Assembly (NCBI GenBank): GCA_034226945.1 | Contig: CP120459.1 | Span: forward strand, 124,001 to 188,000 | Length of the DNA stretch: 64,000 bases | DNA from: Picochlorum sp. SENEW3 | Lineage: Eukaryota | Direction: 5' to 3' | In this document: positions 46,089-56,530 of the stretch, piece after piece | Numbering within the stretch: position 1 is the first letter of the stretch | Layout: each line of letters begins with the position of its first letter | Notes under the pieces: generated by a model | The model's input: the letters and a program-made list of their open reading frames with translations, nothing else | What the model was told of the DNA's origin: nothing | The model's database searches: none | Translations under genes and position numbers: made by a program

Positions 46089-48428
46089 TCTGATCTATGA
46101 CTATTGAATTAATGACCCTAAGGAAGATTTAAATATGCACGGATCAAACCCTACCATGACGCTGGAAAGCGTCCAATGCTGGAATCTTCCGGAATTAAAT
46201 AGATTAAAACATTCCCGCGATGCTGTCTTTGAGTACCTGCCTTTCATCGGGATCTGTGTCTTGATTTCAAATTTCGTACATAGATTCGAGGATTCGTTCG
46301 GGGGCGTCTCTGGACCGACCAGCCTCATGCGAGATGGGATGGTGCAGCCCATGTGTTTGGACGTATGGTTTGATGCGGATACTTCAAAAATTTGGACATA
46401 CACAGATGGTTCCAAAGCTACGGGCTGTTTGCTTGTGGACTTGAACATGAGACAGGGTAGTTTGAGGACATATGTTGGTCGTTGCCGACGGAACAGGTGC
46501 TCTAAATGCCAGCTGGCAGATGTGTTGACCAACAGAGAATTGTAGCCAGGTCTGTAGAAGTTCGAGTGTGCACCGATATTGAAGGCAGTGCCATGTCCCT
46601 AGTCCCTAGGCAGTTACAGAAAACTATATCATTATAATGGATCAAATATATGGTCTATGTGATTCAACGTCCCCACGGCAATTAACAGTGCAATTTGTTT
46701 TCTCTGTATTGGGCAGGAGGCTAGTATCAGATGTCTTGTGGAGCACTCATCACCGTTCTCTTGCTCTTAAGCGCCTTTAATTCCTTTCATCATACTATAT
46801 ATGGTTGTTCAGTCCTTTGATCGGTGTTGTCTTTTTCGTATATCAGCGTTTGGTCGCAGTATCCGTGATACATCTGAGATCCTTTGAGGTACCTGAGAGT
46901 TGCTCACTTCCAGTCATACCTTTCCTTGCAATGCTTGGTGTGCATCAATCCGGTATCCTTCACTGCTAGAGAATGCTCTATTCTTTCTTATAGGCGAATC
47001 TCTTGGCGCTTTGGTCGCTGTTTTATTTTCTTGAATCTTCTTGCCTTCTATTTCCCACTGTATGGATGTATGTCATTCCAACCTATACCTTCCTTTTGTT
47101 TCGGCAGATCTTCGTGATCCTTTTGTTTTATCTCATATGATCGGTAAATATAATACTGGTTTTTTGTGTGCTGAGAGGTCAATTGAAGGTATGGAGTAAA
47201 CTGGAGGTGCTGAAAGTGAGCTATGGTTGGTGCCATAATTCCTGATATTTGTCGACTGCTTCCTGACTTGATAATCTGCCTCAAAGTGATTTCTTGTGGT
47301 TGATGCCAGCTTGGAATCAACAGTCTTCTGGATTCCTTGGACACAAGGACTTTGTGAGGCCGGATCAATAACAACAATACGATCGTGGCATTCTGATTGT
47401 CCCATTGTCCCCCTCATATGATTTGAGAATTCTCAATTGGGACTGATTTTGTAAAGCGATCCTGCATTTCAAATCCACCATTTATTGTCTTCAAATTAAT
47501 TCCATTTGAGATGCTAGTGCTACCCTACTATCCGATATATCCTACTCTGTCTCAGTGTACACATAGCGAACTTGGAAATTGGATTAGACAACAGACAGGT
47601 CCTCTTTCAACGGAGCGTCAGGTCCAGCACAGACGAGACACGAGTCTTCAATCAATAGGATCGAAGCAAGGATGCTATGAATGGGGTCACAATGGCTATC
47701 TCACCTGAAACACTCGCTTGGCTGTCAACCCTTGGTGGGTACAAAAAAATTAGACCCAGATCCACATTTGTTAGCAGGTCTCAGTTTCCTTCTCCCTATC
47801 AGATTCCACACTCAATAAACTCAGCCATGGAAATGAGTCCCAACGGAAGCAATATTGATGGTATCAATATGCTAAAAAGTTGCATCCCGTGAGAAAGGGC
47901 ACAGGTAGATTCTTGATGCCCTACAGTTGAGACGAAAACCTTCATCTGGTGGTCCCTGCTGATAATAATTCAGATCCGGCCACTCTTTTGGACGGTGTTG
48001 ATTCATTCTCTGCATGCTAAATGCACTCATGAACCGACTTTTTCATCTATACCATGAAAATATTTGTTTTTTGCAACAGTTGGACCAGTCAAAAAAGCCA
48101 TCTGTTCTGGAGGAATACATGTATAACTTTGTGGTCTAATGCAATTCCCCCGAATTTGATCATACGCGCCGGGCTCAAAGAATCCGGGCTGCCTGATTTT
48201 GGTCTTGGAGGTCGATGAGTAAAATATCGGGACATATATTGGTCGGGGCGGACGGAGGACATGCTCTGAATGCAGGGCAGTTGTGTTGACTGACAAAGTG
48301 TTCACAGGACAGCACCCTCTCATGCACCTCATGAGAATCAGTGCCATGTCAGTAACCATTTGCTTTTTGAGGATTATACTGATCACTCTGAACATGAGCA
48401 ATTGCATCGAATCTTCCCTCATCTCTTT

Positions 48429-48626
48429 AGATGTTGATGAAATGCTCTTAGGTGCTCTCTGATGTTCTTAGAGCTTTGTCAGGTGTTTTCAGATGATCTT
48501 GGATGTTCCCAGAGCTTCATCAAATGCTCCCAGATGTTGATCACATGTTCTCTGATGATCTTAGATGTTTGTTGAATGTCCATGAAATATTGATCTGATG
48601 TTCTCAGAGATTCTGAGAGGTCCTTG
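48429..48626. repeat. Degenerate 10/11-bp tandem repeat (consensus ~AGATGTTCTC), ~19 units
   Basis: Manual parsing gives agatgttgatg/aaatgctctt/aggtgctctc/tgatgttctt/agagctttgtc/aggtgttttc/agatgatctt/ggatgttccc...; 198 bp over 19 units is ~10.4 bp per unit. Confidence 0.75.
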
Positions 48627-48679
48627 TTCATTAAATCTTCTTTCATCTTCTTTGGCACTGCTGTTTCCGTAATAAGTTG

Positions 48680-49065
48680 GGGGCACTCTGGGGAGTGGGT
48701 CGATCGAGCGAATTGGCCGGCCCACCGAAGGCCGCGACAGGTGAAGAAGGCTGGTTTCGGAGGTGTCGGCACCTCGCCTTTGCGGCGCTGGGCCGCCCGG
48801 CAGGAACGCCCGTTGCCGCCCGGACCGTAGCCCAGCCCAGTTTTTTTGGAATATCTTTTCGTCGGGGGCCGAGCGAGGAAATTTCGGGGCCTGGCGAGGG
48901 AGCGATTTTCGGCCCATTTCCGGAAATCGCGCACATCGGCGGACACCGCCCCTCGCTCCCGGCACCTCCGCCGGCGAGAAATGCAAAATCTCGCAGCCAC
49001 GGACGCAAATATTCGATCGGGAGGATCTTTTGCTCGGAATAGATTCCGCGGTGGCCGCCGCGATT
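48680..49065. other. GC/CpG-rich non-coding island with interspersed A/T tracts
   Basis: Composition differs sharply from the rest of the window. ORFs in several frames are low-complexity Arg/Gly/Pro/Ala with no recognisable motif. Confidence 0.65.
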
Positions 49066-49221
49066 TAAAGAAAATCCCGATTTTTTTATGGTTACAGCAG
49101 AAATCCTTAATCTACGCATCGCAATAAACACGACCTCATCCTGACTGTGGATCAGCAGTAGTCAATTCCCAACCATTACTAGTATTTTTATGTAGTAATT
49201 TGTTATTACAGATATAGCACA

Positions 49222-51176
49222 ATGCATAGAATATCCTGTATACACGACCATTCTCTGCTCTTTTGCAGCACAAGTTCTGGTGGAGGACAGGCCTACTCCT
49301 CAGCAACAGGACTGTGGTCAGGGAGCCTGGTACCACAACAGAAACACTCGACAGGAATCAGAAAATGTTCCTCCGGAAAGCCGTTAGCAAGCCATCATAG
49401 TAGGGGTGTGTTGTCTATTTCAAAGGGACAGACTGGGTCTCGCCTGTGCGCTGCGGACAAGGATTCGTCATCATATGCCCAGAGAGAGACTGATTTGAAC
49501 ATGAAATTAGATTCGTTGAAAGCCGAGACGAAATCATCCTTTGCCGAGACGGTGGAGAGGGTGAAGGCACTGGCCCAGAAGGAGCAGGGTGGGTCAGAGG
49601 GAGTTGATGTGTCTGATACTGCGCCTTTGCAGGCGAGACTGAGTGTTGCTATAGAAGAACTAACCTCAGGATTGATCGAAAGGGATACAGAGGTGAGATT
49701 GCTATTGCTCGCAGCATTGTCCCAGGAGCATGTATTGTATTTGGGTCCTCCTGGAACAGCAAAGTCAGAGTTGGGAAGACGGTTGAGTAAACTATGCGGT
49801 GGTTCGTACTTTGAAAGGCTATTGACACGATTTTCTGTCCCAGAGGAACTTTTCGGTCCTCTGTCGATGCGGGCACTTGAGAATGACGAGTATGTGAGGC
49901 AGGTGGATGGATATCTTCCTACAGCTGATGTGGCTTTTGTGGATGAAATTTTCAAGGCAAACTCTGCTATTTTAAACACATTGCTGACAATATTAAATGA
50001 GAGATTATTTGATAATGGGTCTAGAAGAACCCGTGTTCCTTTACTGTGTCTGGTTGGAGCATCCAACGAGCTTCCTGAGAGCGAGGAACTGGATGCGCTC
50101 TATGATCGCTTCCTCATCAGGCGTCAAGTGGGCCAAGTGTCTCCTGCTGGGCTGATGGATATGTTGACGACCCGCAAAGGAAAGTGGCAGACAAATTCAC
50201 TCCGTCATCCTGGGGTATCCATGTCAGATAGCGGTGACTGGGAGGATGGTGATGCTCCATTGTTGACTGTAGAAGATTTTGAAACAACACGGCAGCGTGC
50301 AGAGGAAGAGGTTCACGTGCCTGCAGAGGTCCTTAATATCGTCGCTGATCTGCGACAATATCTTCAAGACAAATGCGAACCTCCTGTGTATGTGTCTGAT
50401 AGAAGGCTTGTGAAATCTGTTGCATTGTTACAGGTTGCAGCATTCTCATCTGGAAGGACCTATGTCACCCCCAAGGACTGCATGCTGCTGCAACACGTGT
50501 TATGGCAAAAACCAGAGGAATCAGAAAAGATTTATGAGTGGTTGTTACAAGCGTTAACGCAGGATGATGGTATGCAGCAAATGCAGTATTTATTATCGGG
50601 CATGTTTGGTAGGGCATGCAAGTCATTGAATAAGCCAGATCAGGTGGCTGGTGTTGTGGATGAGGTGAAGCAATTGCGCCAGACACTGGAAGATAAACTG
50701 ATGGATATTTACAAGAAACAGTTTGGACGCGAATCTGGAAACGAAAATGTATGGATCAGTCCAGAGGAAGTGGATGCTTTGGATACAGCCTTGTCTCCAA
50801 AGATGGACAAGACCAGGGATGAGGTTGAACGGCTCTTGTACGAGGTCGTCACGCTCGAGGTACGATTGTATACTAGTAGTTCTTTACGTGTTACATAGTT
50901 ATATAGTCATGCTGATGATAGCACCGGTGTGGGTTTGGTATACGCAGAGGTCTCTAGAGTACGGTGCTGGCCCAGTAGAACTTGCCCAGCTCTTACCACA
51001 ACAATGGGCAGCATTTTTACGATGAACAACAACAAATAACAGTTTCCATGTCTGTCCAGGTTGCCCTATCACAAAGCACGGAGCCGGTCGTTCTCGCCGA
51101 GCTCATGCCCCGTCATTGGTCAGATTTTGTTAGAAATGCACCATTAGAACAAGTCCAGCCACTGGGACTGAAATAA
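49222..51176 (+). CDS. RavA/MoxR-type AAA+ ATPase, probably plastid-targeted; exon 49222-50859 plus last exon 51060-51176 (or 50948-51025)
   Basis: HVLYLGPPGTAKS, LLTRFSVPEELFGP, GYLPTADVAFVDEIFKANSAILNTLLTILNER, GASNELP..EELDALYDRF and VSDRR are RavA signatures; Ser-rich N-terminal extension. Confidence 0.9.
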
Positions 51177-51190
51177 GAAAAAAAAAACAC

Positions 51191-52121
51191 TCATCGACTC
51201 CTCAGAGATTTGAAAATCTCAATCATATCATTCATTCCACCAGCTGTAACATTCCCTTTACCAGTAGGCTCCAATTCAATCTCCATATCTTCCAACATGG
51301 GTGGTGCAGAGAGCAGCTCACCACTTCTGCTCCTCCGCACAGGAGCATTTGGAGGCATGACAGTATCCCAGGATAGTCCATTCCCATCGGCAACTTTCGG
51401 GAACCCAATCACACGACCACCTTTGAAGCCTTTAATACTAGAGCGAAGCTCATTCACACTAATCCCACCAATTTCAGTCACCTTGACGGACTGAATATCC
51501 TTCAGGTTGCCCACAAACACTCTCTGGACATCCCCTTGAGCATCCATGTATTCATTAAAGGTATCCCCACGCACATCCACTATATACAAACCGATAGAAG
51601 GATCCTCTGTATCATAATAAATATTTCCTGCCTTGTCGAAAATAAAAAGGCGTCCCGCCTCATCCTGCGCAGCTGCAACAACATTGCCTCCCTTGGTTTT
51701 TAGCAGGGCAACCCCATTCCTCTTGTCCACTGCCACAATGGGTGCTCCAGCACGCAGTGCAGTATACCACAGCATAGTACCACCAACCATGATCGCCAAT
51801 ATATTACGTCGAGGTATGTTCTGCATGGCATTCTCTGGAGCCATATCAATTGGTGGAGGTGGAGGAGGAGGAGGGGGAGGTGGCATGTTTGGAGGAGGAG
51901 CCCGAGGCAATCCGGCCCTCCCATTCCTCTCCGTCTGCTGTCTTTGACTCCTCGCCATGGTACGTATATATTTGCCTCTCGACAATCGGCCATTCCTGCA
52001 TTGTCCACGTTGCAGACGGCTGCATAGAGAAAAGAAAAGAGAAGAGTTGGAAAAAAGTCACGACACTCCAACCAACAGCATTCAAGCACACATACCTCAT
52101 ATCTATTACACTATCACGCAT
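51191..52121 (-). CDS. Hypothetical protein, probably thylakoid-associated; exons 52096-52121 and 51191-52019
   Basis: GT-AG intron 52020-52095 (phase 2) gives an Arg-rich leader, a poly-Pro tract, then RRNILAIMVGG (twin-Arg plus hydrophobic helix) and a beta-rich domain. Confidence 0.7.
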
Positions 52122-52476
52122 TTTATAACCCTAATAATACTATATTCTAGCCTGTAAGCTGCTTAGATGCCAGAATAATTGATCGACTTGATTCCTCCTC
52201 GTTCTCTGTTTCATGCACAGGCAACTGTGTTTGTCTTTTTATTCAGCAGCTAATACACCACTCCGACAAGCACAAATCCAATTTTTCCTGATATGTTAGG
52301 GATTCAATCACCTCTTCTGAGAAAAAACTCATGAAACAGGACCCATCTCACATCGTCACCTAGATTTCTTAAGCAAGAGATCTCTCTATTTCAAACATTA
52401 AATACTCATCTGATTATCACACAGATACGCAAGATACGACCCACATTATTGCAGAAAACACATAATCGGATATCCC

Positions 52477-53319
52477 ATGCGTCATCATCATCATCATCAG
52501 ACATCGAGAGGTGGCGGGACCCCTCTTTCAGCACCTGGATATGCTTCTGTAGGGAGGAGAAGGATACTATCATATGCAGCCAGGGACAGGAATATGGGCG
52601 GCTATATGCCACATTCTGGAAAATTTTCTAGACAAGCCGCACTCGATGCATCCGATAGCAAGGAGGACCATGAGGGTGGGTGGACTCGCCGAACGCTTCT
52701 TCTCATGTCCACGTCTCTCTGCCTGATGGCTTCGCCAGTGCGCGCAGCTGACGTTATAGATGGACAGGGTGAGGTCAAGGTACTGGGTCTGGATGCTGAG
52801 GAGGATCTGACGGTGTCTCAGAGGCAGCTACTGGAGTATAATAAGAGGGCTCAGAGGCAGAATAGTGCACCACCTGATTTCCCATTGTTCATCAAGGAAG
52901 GATATGATATGACCATGTTGACATCGGAGGGGTATCAGATGACTCCAGAGGGTTTAATATATAAAGATTATGCAGTTGGATCGGGAGATGAGTATCCAAA
53001 GGATGGTCAGCAGGTGACATTTGATTACACAGCGTACAATGAATCTGCATCAGTGATTGACAGCTCGTATAGGAAAGGTCAGCCTGCATCGACAAGGTTG
53101 GGGATTTCTGGAATGATTCCAGGGTTTGAGTTGGGGATAAAGACAATGAAGCCAGGTGGGAAGCGGAGGATTGTTGTTCCACCTGAACTGGGCCCACCTG
53201 TGGGTCCATCCACCTTTTTCTCAGCCAAACAGTTTGAAGTATTTGATGTAGAGCTTCGATCTGCTAAAACATGCACTCGTCGAACGATTGGCATGTTCTC
53301 GGACGTTGTCTGCGAGTAA
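52477..53319 (+). CDS. FKBP20-2: Thylakoid lumen FKBP-type peptidyl-prolyl isomerase
   Basis: TAT signal (TRRTLLL...VRA); MKPGGKRRIVVPPELGPPVGPSTFFSAKQFEVFDVEL; C-terminal Cys pair C.RRTIG..SDVVC. The start is uncertain. Confidence 0.9.
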   Translation: MRHHHHHQTSRGGGTPLSAPGYASVGRRRILSYAARDRNMGGYMPHSGKFSRQAALDASDSKEDHEGGWTRRTLLLMSTSLCLMASPVRAADVIDGQGEVKVLGLDAEEDLTVSQRQLLEYNKRAQRQNSAPPDFPLFIKEGYDMTMLTSEGYQMTPEGLIYKDYAVGSGDEYPKDGQQVTFDYTAYNESASVIDSSYRKGQPASTRLGISGMIPGFELGIKTMKPGGKRRIVVPPELGPPVGPSTFFSAKQFEVFDVELRSAKTCTRRTIGMFSDVVCE

Positions 53320-53345
53320 TACTATATGTACATTGTACTTACAAT

Positions 53346-54047
53346 TTAATGCAACACAATAAGTGGACTCTGGCAATTGGTCGTGCAGTACTTGGTCGTT
53401 GATCCGAGGAAGAACTCGGACACTCTTCCTCTGTTATGCTTGGCCATGCACACAGCTCCAGCATCAAGGGTCTGTGCCCTCTTGCAAATTGCCTCTCCAA
53501 TAGAATCGGCATCTGTCAAAAAGTGCACAATTTCCACCTGGTATGGAATATTTTTGCTCACAACCTTGGTCACGAATCTCTTCTTCATCATTTCTTTGGC
53601 ATCAGCAATATGCTTCAAATCCACCTTGGGGTCTGGCTCCACTGTCACAATAGAGTCCATGGCTCCATACCCACCAGAGACCACCTCTGGCATTGGAATC
53701 GGGATGACATGCAGCAAGTGGATCTCATCCCCTTCCCTATAAATGTTATCTAAAACCCATGTCAGAACATGTTCTGCTGCCTGCACAGGAAAACCGTGAC
53801 ATCCAGTCAGTGACACGCGGACGATGGAACACGTCAGCACGATATGCGTTCCCATGAACAGCCCTCCTGACCCATTAAATCATTCATACATGACATGAAT
53901 ATTCCATATAATGAGCACCGAGATCCCTAGCAGGCTGTGTGGGAAAGGGTGACCGTCTCGTCGTGATGGTCTTCTTTTTCATGGGACTCGGGGTTTCGTA
54001 TCACGTACGTCTGAATCGTCCACAGCAACAAGGATATTCCTAGGCAT
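53346..54047 (-). CDS. Universal stress protein (USP); exons 54009-54047 and 53346-53780
   Basis: MPRNILVAVDDSD|AAEHVLTW...LLHV...IGEAIC...FFLGSTTKYC...PLIVLH; 228-nt intron, phase 0. Confidence 0.92.
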
Positions 54048-54214
54048 AACGTCTTTTTTGTTTCAGTGAAATAGTTTGATTAATTCGATGTGATCGTCAC
54101 CGTGACTCGAGTCGTACAAGTGATGCATCATGTCCTAGGGTGGGTCGCTGCGATATATTGGCGGTGTTACGCTGGTGTCCGCCTTTTGATCGGACGGATA
54201 CGATTGATCGCTGT

Positions 54215-54657
54215 GATGTCTTTGTGTCCCATCCCAGGGGTTATTTGATCGGATTGACACAGTCTCTCGGCGTAGACTGGGAATCTCGTGGTTGATGGGC
54301 GTCCTGTCCCTGTGGATCGATGGTTTGGTAGAACATGGCACAAGATCTCATCTTTTGTTTGCTGCCGATGTCCTTGAACGTACAGGAGAGTAGATGGAGC
54401 CAGGACAGTATTCCAGACTGGAATTTCCAGTATCGGGGTGCGCGTGTATCTAACCGCTCGTCGACACACGAGCGCTATGGCTGGCGAGGACTGGTAGTAC
54501 CTTTTTCAGTCTGAAATGTCTAGACATGATGCATAAGGAATGCAAAGACAGAGATGCTCCTCCTGTTGGGCTGGGTCAGTTCTGGTTCTGCGCAACTGCT
54601 CTGTTCGTGGTTGTATTTGTGGCGTTGGCTGCATCCATTCTTGCCCATCAGAATCCT
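54215..54657 (+). repeat. 443-bp direct repeat, copy 1 (promoter plus first 44 codons of the sulfotransferase)
   Basis: Appears identical by eye to 56088-56530 (offset 1,873). Confidence 0.95.
54526..54657 (+). pseudogene. Truncated 5' duplicate of the sulfotransferase gene; reads on as a chimeric ORF to 54927
   Basis: MMHKECKD...AHQNP is identical to the start of 56399-57532, then diverges at the insert junction. Confidence 0.85.
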
Positions 54658-54680
54658 TGGGACCTCAGACAAACATCGAC

Positions 54681-55904
54681 TCATGGGATAGGGCATTCCC
54701 CATTATTGTCTGGCCGCCCTCCATTGAGCCCGTTGATACAAAAATATATGTTTGACGATTCATTCTTAGCAAGAGAGGAAACGTTGAACGGGGATACGAT
54801 ATACTCCGTAGCAGTAGGTGTCAGAAGGCCCCCAAGCCCAGTGTATGTGAATCCATTCCCTGAAAACAAGGCATTCATGCCACCGACACAACTTTGCACC
54901 AAAAATGCTCTGAACCACTGTGCCTGATCGATTACATCTATCGTATTGGCAAGTTTGTCTGCGAGGATTTTAGCAGCAGGAACCGTTTCAGCAGGATCGC
55001 AATATCTGGCAGTGAATGGGGCCGCCATAGCCTGAACTTTTGATTTCCAATCCCTGCCTTGGTAGCCCTCACAAAGCTCACTGTTGGGATTCGCAGCAGA
55101 CGGATATATCTCGATAGTGTTGGGTCCCGGTGAGGGACATGACTCATAGTCTACTCTGTCCCTGACAACCACAGGTGCAGTGGAATTGACACTGGGGAAA
55201 TCAAACTGGGCGTATGCACAGGAGGCCGGGCACCCCGTCAGCGTGTTGAATTCAAGATCTTGCAACAAATCAATTGCTGCATCTGGTATCGTGAGATTCA
55301 AGTCATTGTACATCCATTCGTAATACTCCTTCAAAGCCCTCCATGTTGGCTGCAGTGGCCCAATATCAGCGTTGAAGGGGTACTGCGATGGATTTTGACT
55401 CGCTACCAAGCGATCGATAGCCCTGGTATCGAACACCGTCAACACATACACCTTATTGATTTCGATATATTCCGGGGAATAGCCAATTTCTTGCAGCAAT
55501 GAGAACCCTGAAGAGTCTGTCTCCAAACCTGGAAAGTCAGGATCAGAAAAATTCAAGCTGTTAGAGGGTAAATTATAACCAAATGTTTCGGGATAGCCCG
55601 CTCTGAGATATGCCTCAAGAGCATCATGCCCACTGTAAAATGTAGCAGGCTTCGAATCGACTTGCAGGTACACATCATCAACACTAGACCCGCTGAAGAT
55701 CCGGCCAATCAGATTTTCAGAAACACAACGAGCCTCTCCAGACTCGAAGGCGGCGACAAACTCAGGCGGCGTCTCGACACATTTATTTTGCTCCGCAATT
55801 ATTAATTCCACGTCTTCGCGATTGGGGTCAATCGCCTCCCTTGCAAACGTATGTGGCCCCAGCAAAAACACCAGCAAAACCCATTTGGTCACAGTTCCTC
55901 CCAT
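54681..55904 (-). CDS. Intronless secreted hypothetical protein (407 aa)
   Basis: Long ORF; signal peptide MGGTVTKWVLLVFLLGPHTFA; several Cys; globular composition. Confidence 0.82.
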   Translation of the reverse strand: MGGTVTKWVLLVFLLGPHTFAREAIDPNREDVELIIAEQNKCVETPPEFVAAFESGEARCVSENLIGRIFSGSSVDDVYLQVDSKPATFYSGHDALEAYLRAGYPETFGYNLPSNSLNFSDPDFPGLETDSSGFSLLQEIGYSPEYIEINKVYVLTVFDTRAIDRLVASQNPSQYPFNADIGPLQPTWRALKEYYEWMYNDLNLTIPDAAIDLLQDLEFNTLTGCPASCAYAQFDFPSVNSTAPVVVRDRVDYESCPSPGPNTIEIYPSAANPNSELCEGYQGRDWKSKVQAMAAPFTARYCDPAETVPAAKILADKLANTIDVIDQAQWFRAFLVQSCVGGMNALFSGNGFTYTGLGGLLTPTATEYIVSPFNVSSLAKNESSNIYFCINGLNGGRPDNNGECPIP

Positions 55905-56087
55905 CTTACGAGATGACCTTGTATGTGTATACATATATATATCTAGTTCAACTACACGATTCTAAGGAATTGAACCCTAAAGTGTTTCTCTGTTAACAAT
56001 GTCCATACCCTGCGTTACGTTTGGGCCCAATTGGGTGGCCACCGAAGGTGTCGATCGATCCTATGCAGACATACGTGGAATGGATGG

Positions 56088-56530
56088 GATGTCTTTGTGT
56101 CCCATCCCAGGGGTTATTTGATCGGATTGACACAGTCTCTCGGCGTAGACTGGGAATCTCGTGGTTGATGGGCGTCCTGTCCCTGTGGATCGATGGTTTG
56201 GTAGAACATGGCACAAGATCTCATCTTTTGTTTGCTGCCGATGTCCTTGAACGTACAGGAGAGTAGATGGAGCCAGGACAGTATTCCAGACTGGAATTTC
56301 CAGTATCGGGGTGCGCGTGTATCTAACCGCTCGTCGACACACGAGCGCTATGGCTGGCGAGGACTGGTAGTACCTTTTTCAGTCTGAAATGTCTAGACAT
56401 GATGCATAAGGAATGCAAAGACAGAGATGCTCCTCCTGTTGGGCTGGGTCAGTTCTGGTTCTGCGCAACTGCTCTGTTCGTGGTTGTATTTGTGGCGTTG
56501 GCTGCATCCATTCTTGCCCATCAGAATCCT
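56088..56530 (+). repeat. 443-bp direct repeat, copy 2
   Basis: Appears identical to 54215-54657. Confidence 0.95.

Noticed and set aside
48479..49131. Several overlapping ORFs of 68-173 aa
   Set aside because: Expected from stop-poor GC-rich DNA; low-complexity translations in all frames.
55973..55981. Telomere-like AACCCTAAA (similar words at ~25784 and ~52127)
   Set aside because: Single units only; at most telo-box promoter motifs, not telomeric arrays.
54215..56530. LTR retrotransposon interpretation of the 443-bp repeats
   Set aside because: The repeats contain the start of the host sulfotransferase CDS and lack TG...CA ends, and the interior has no gag, RT or integrase motifs.
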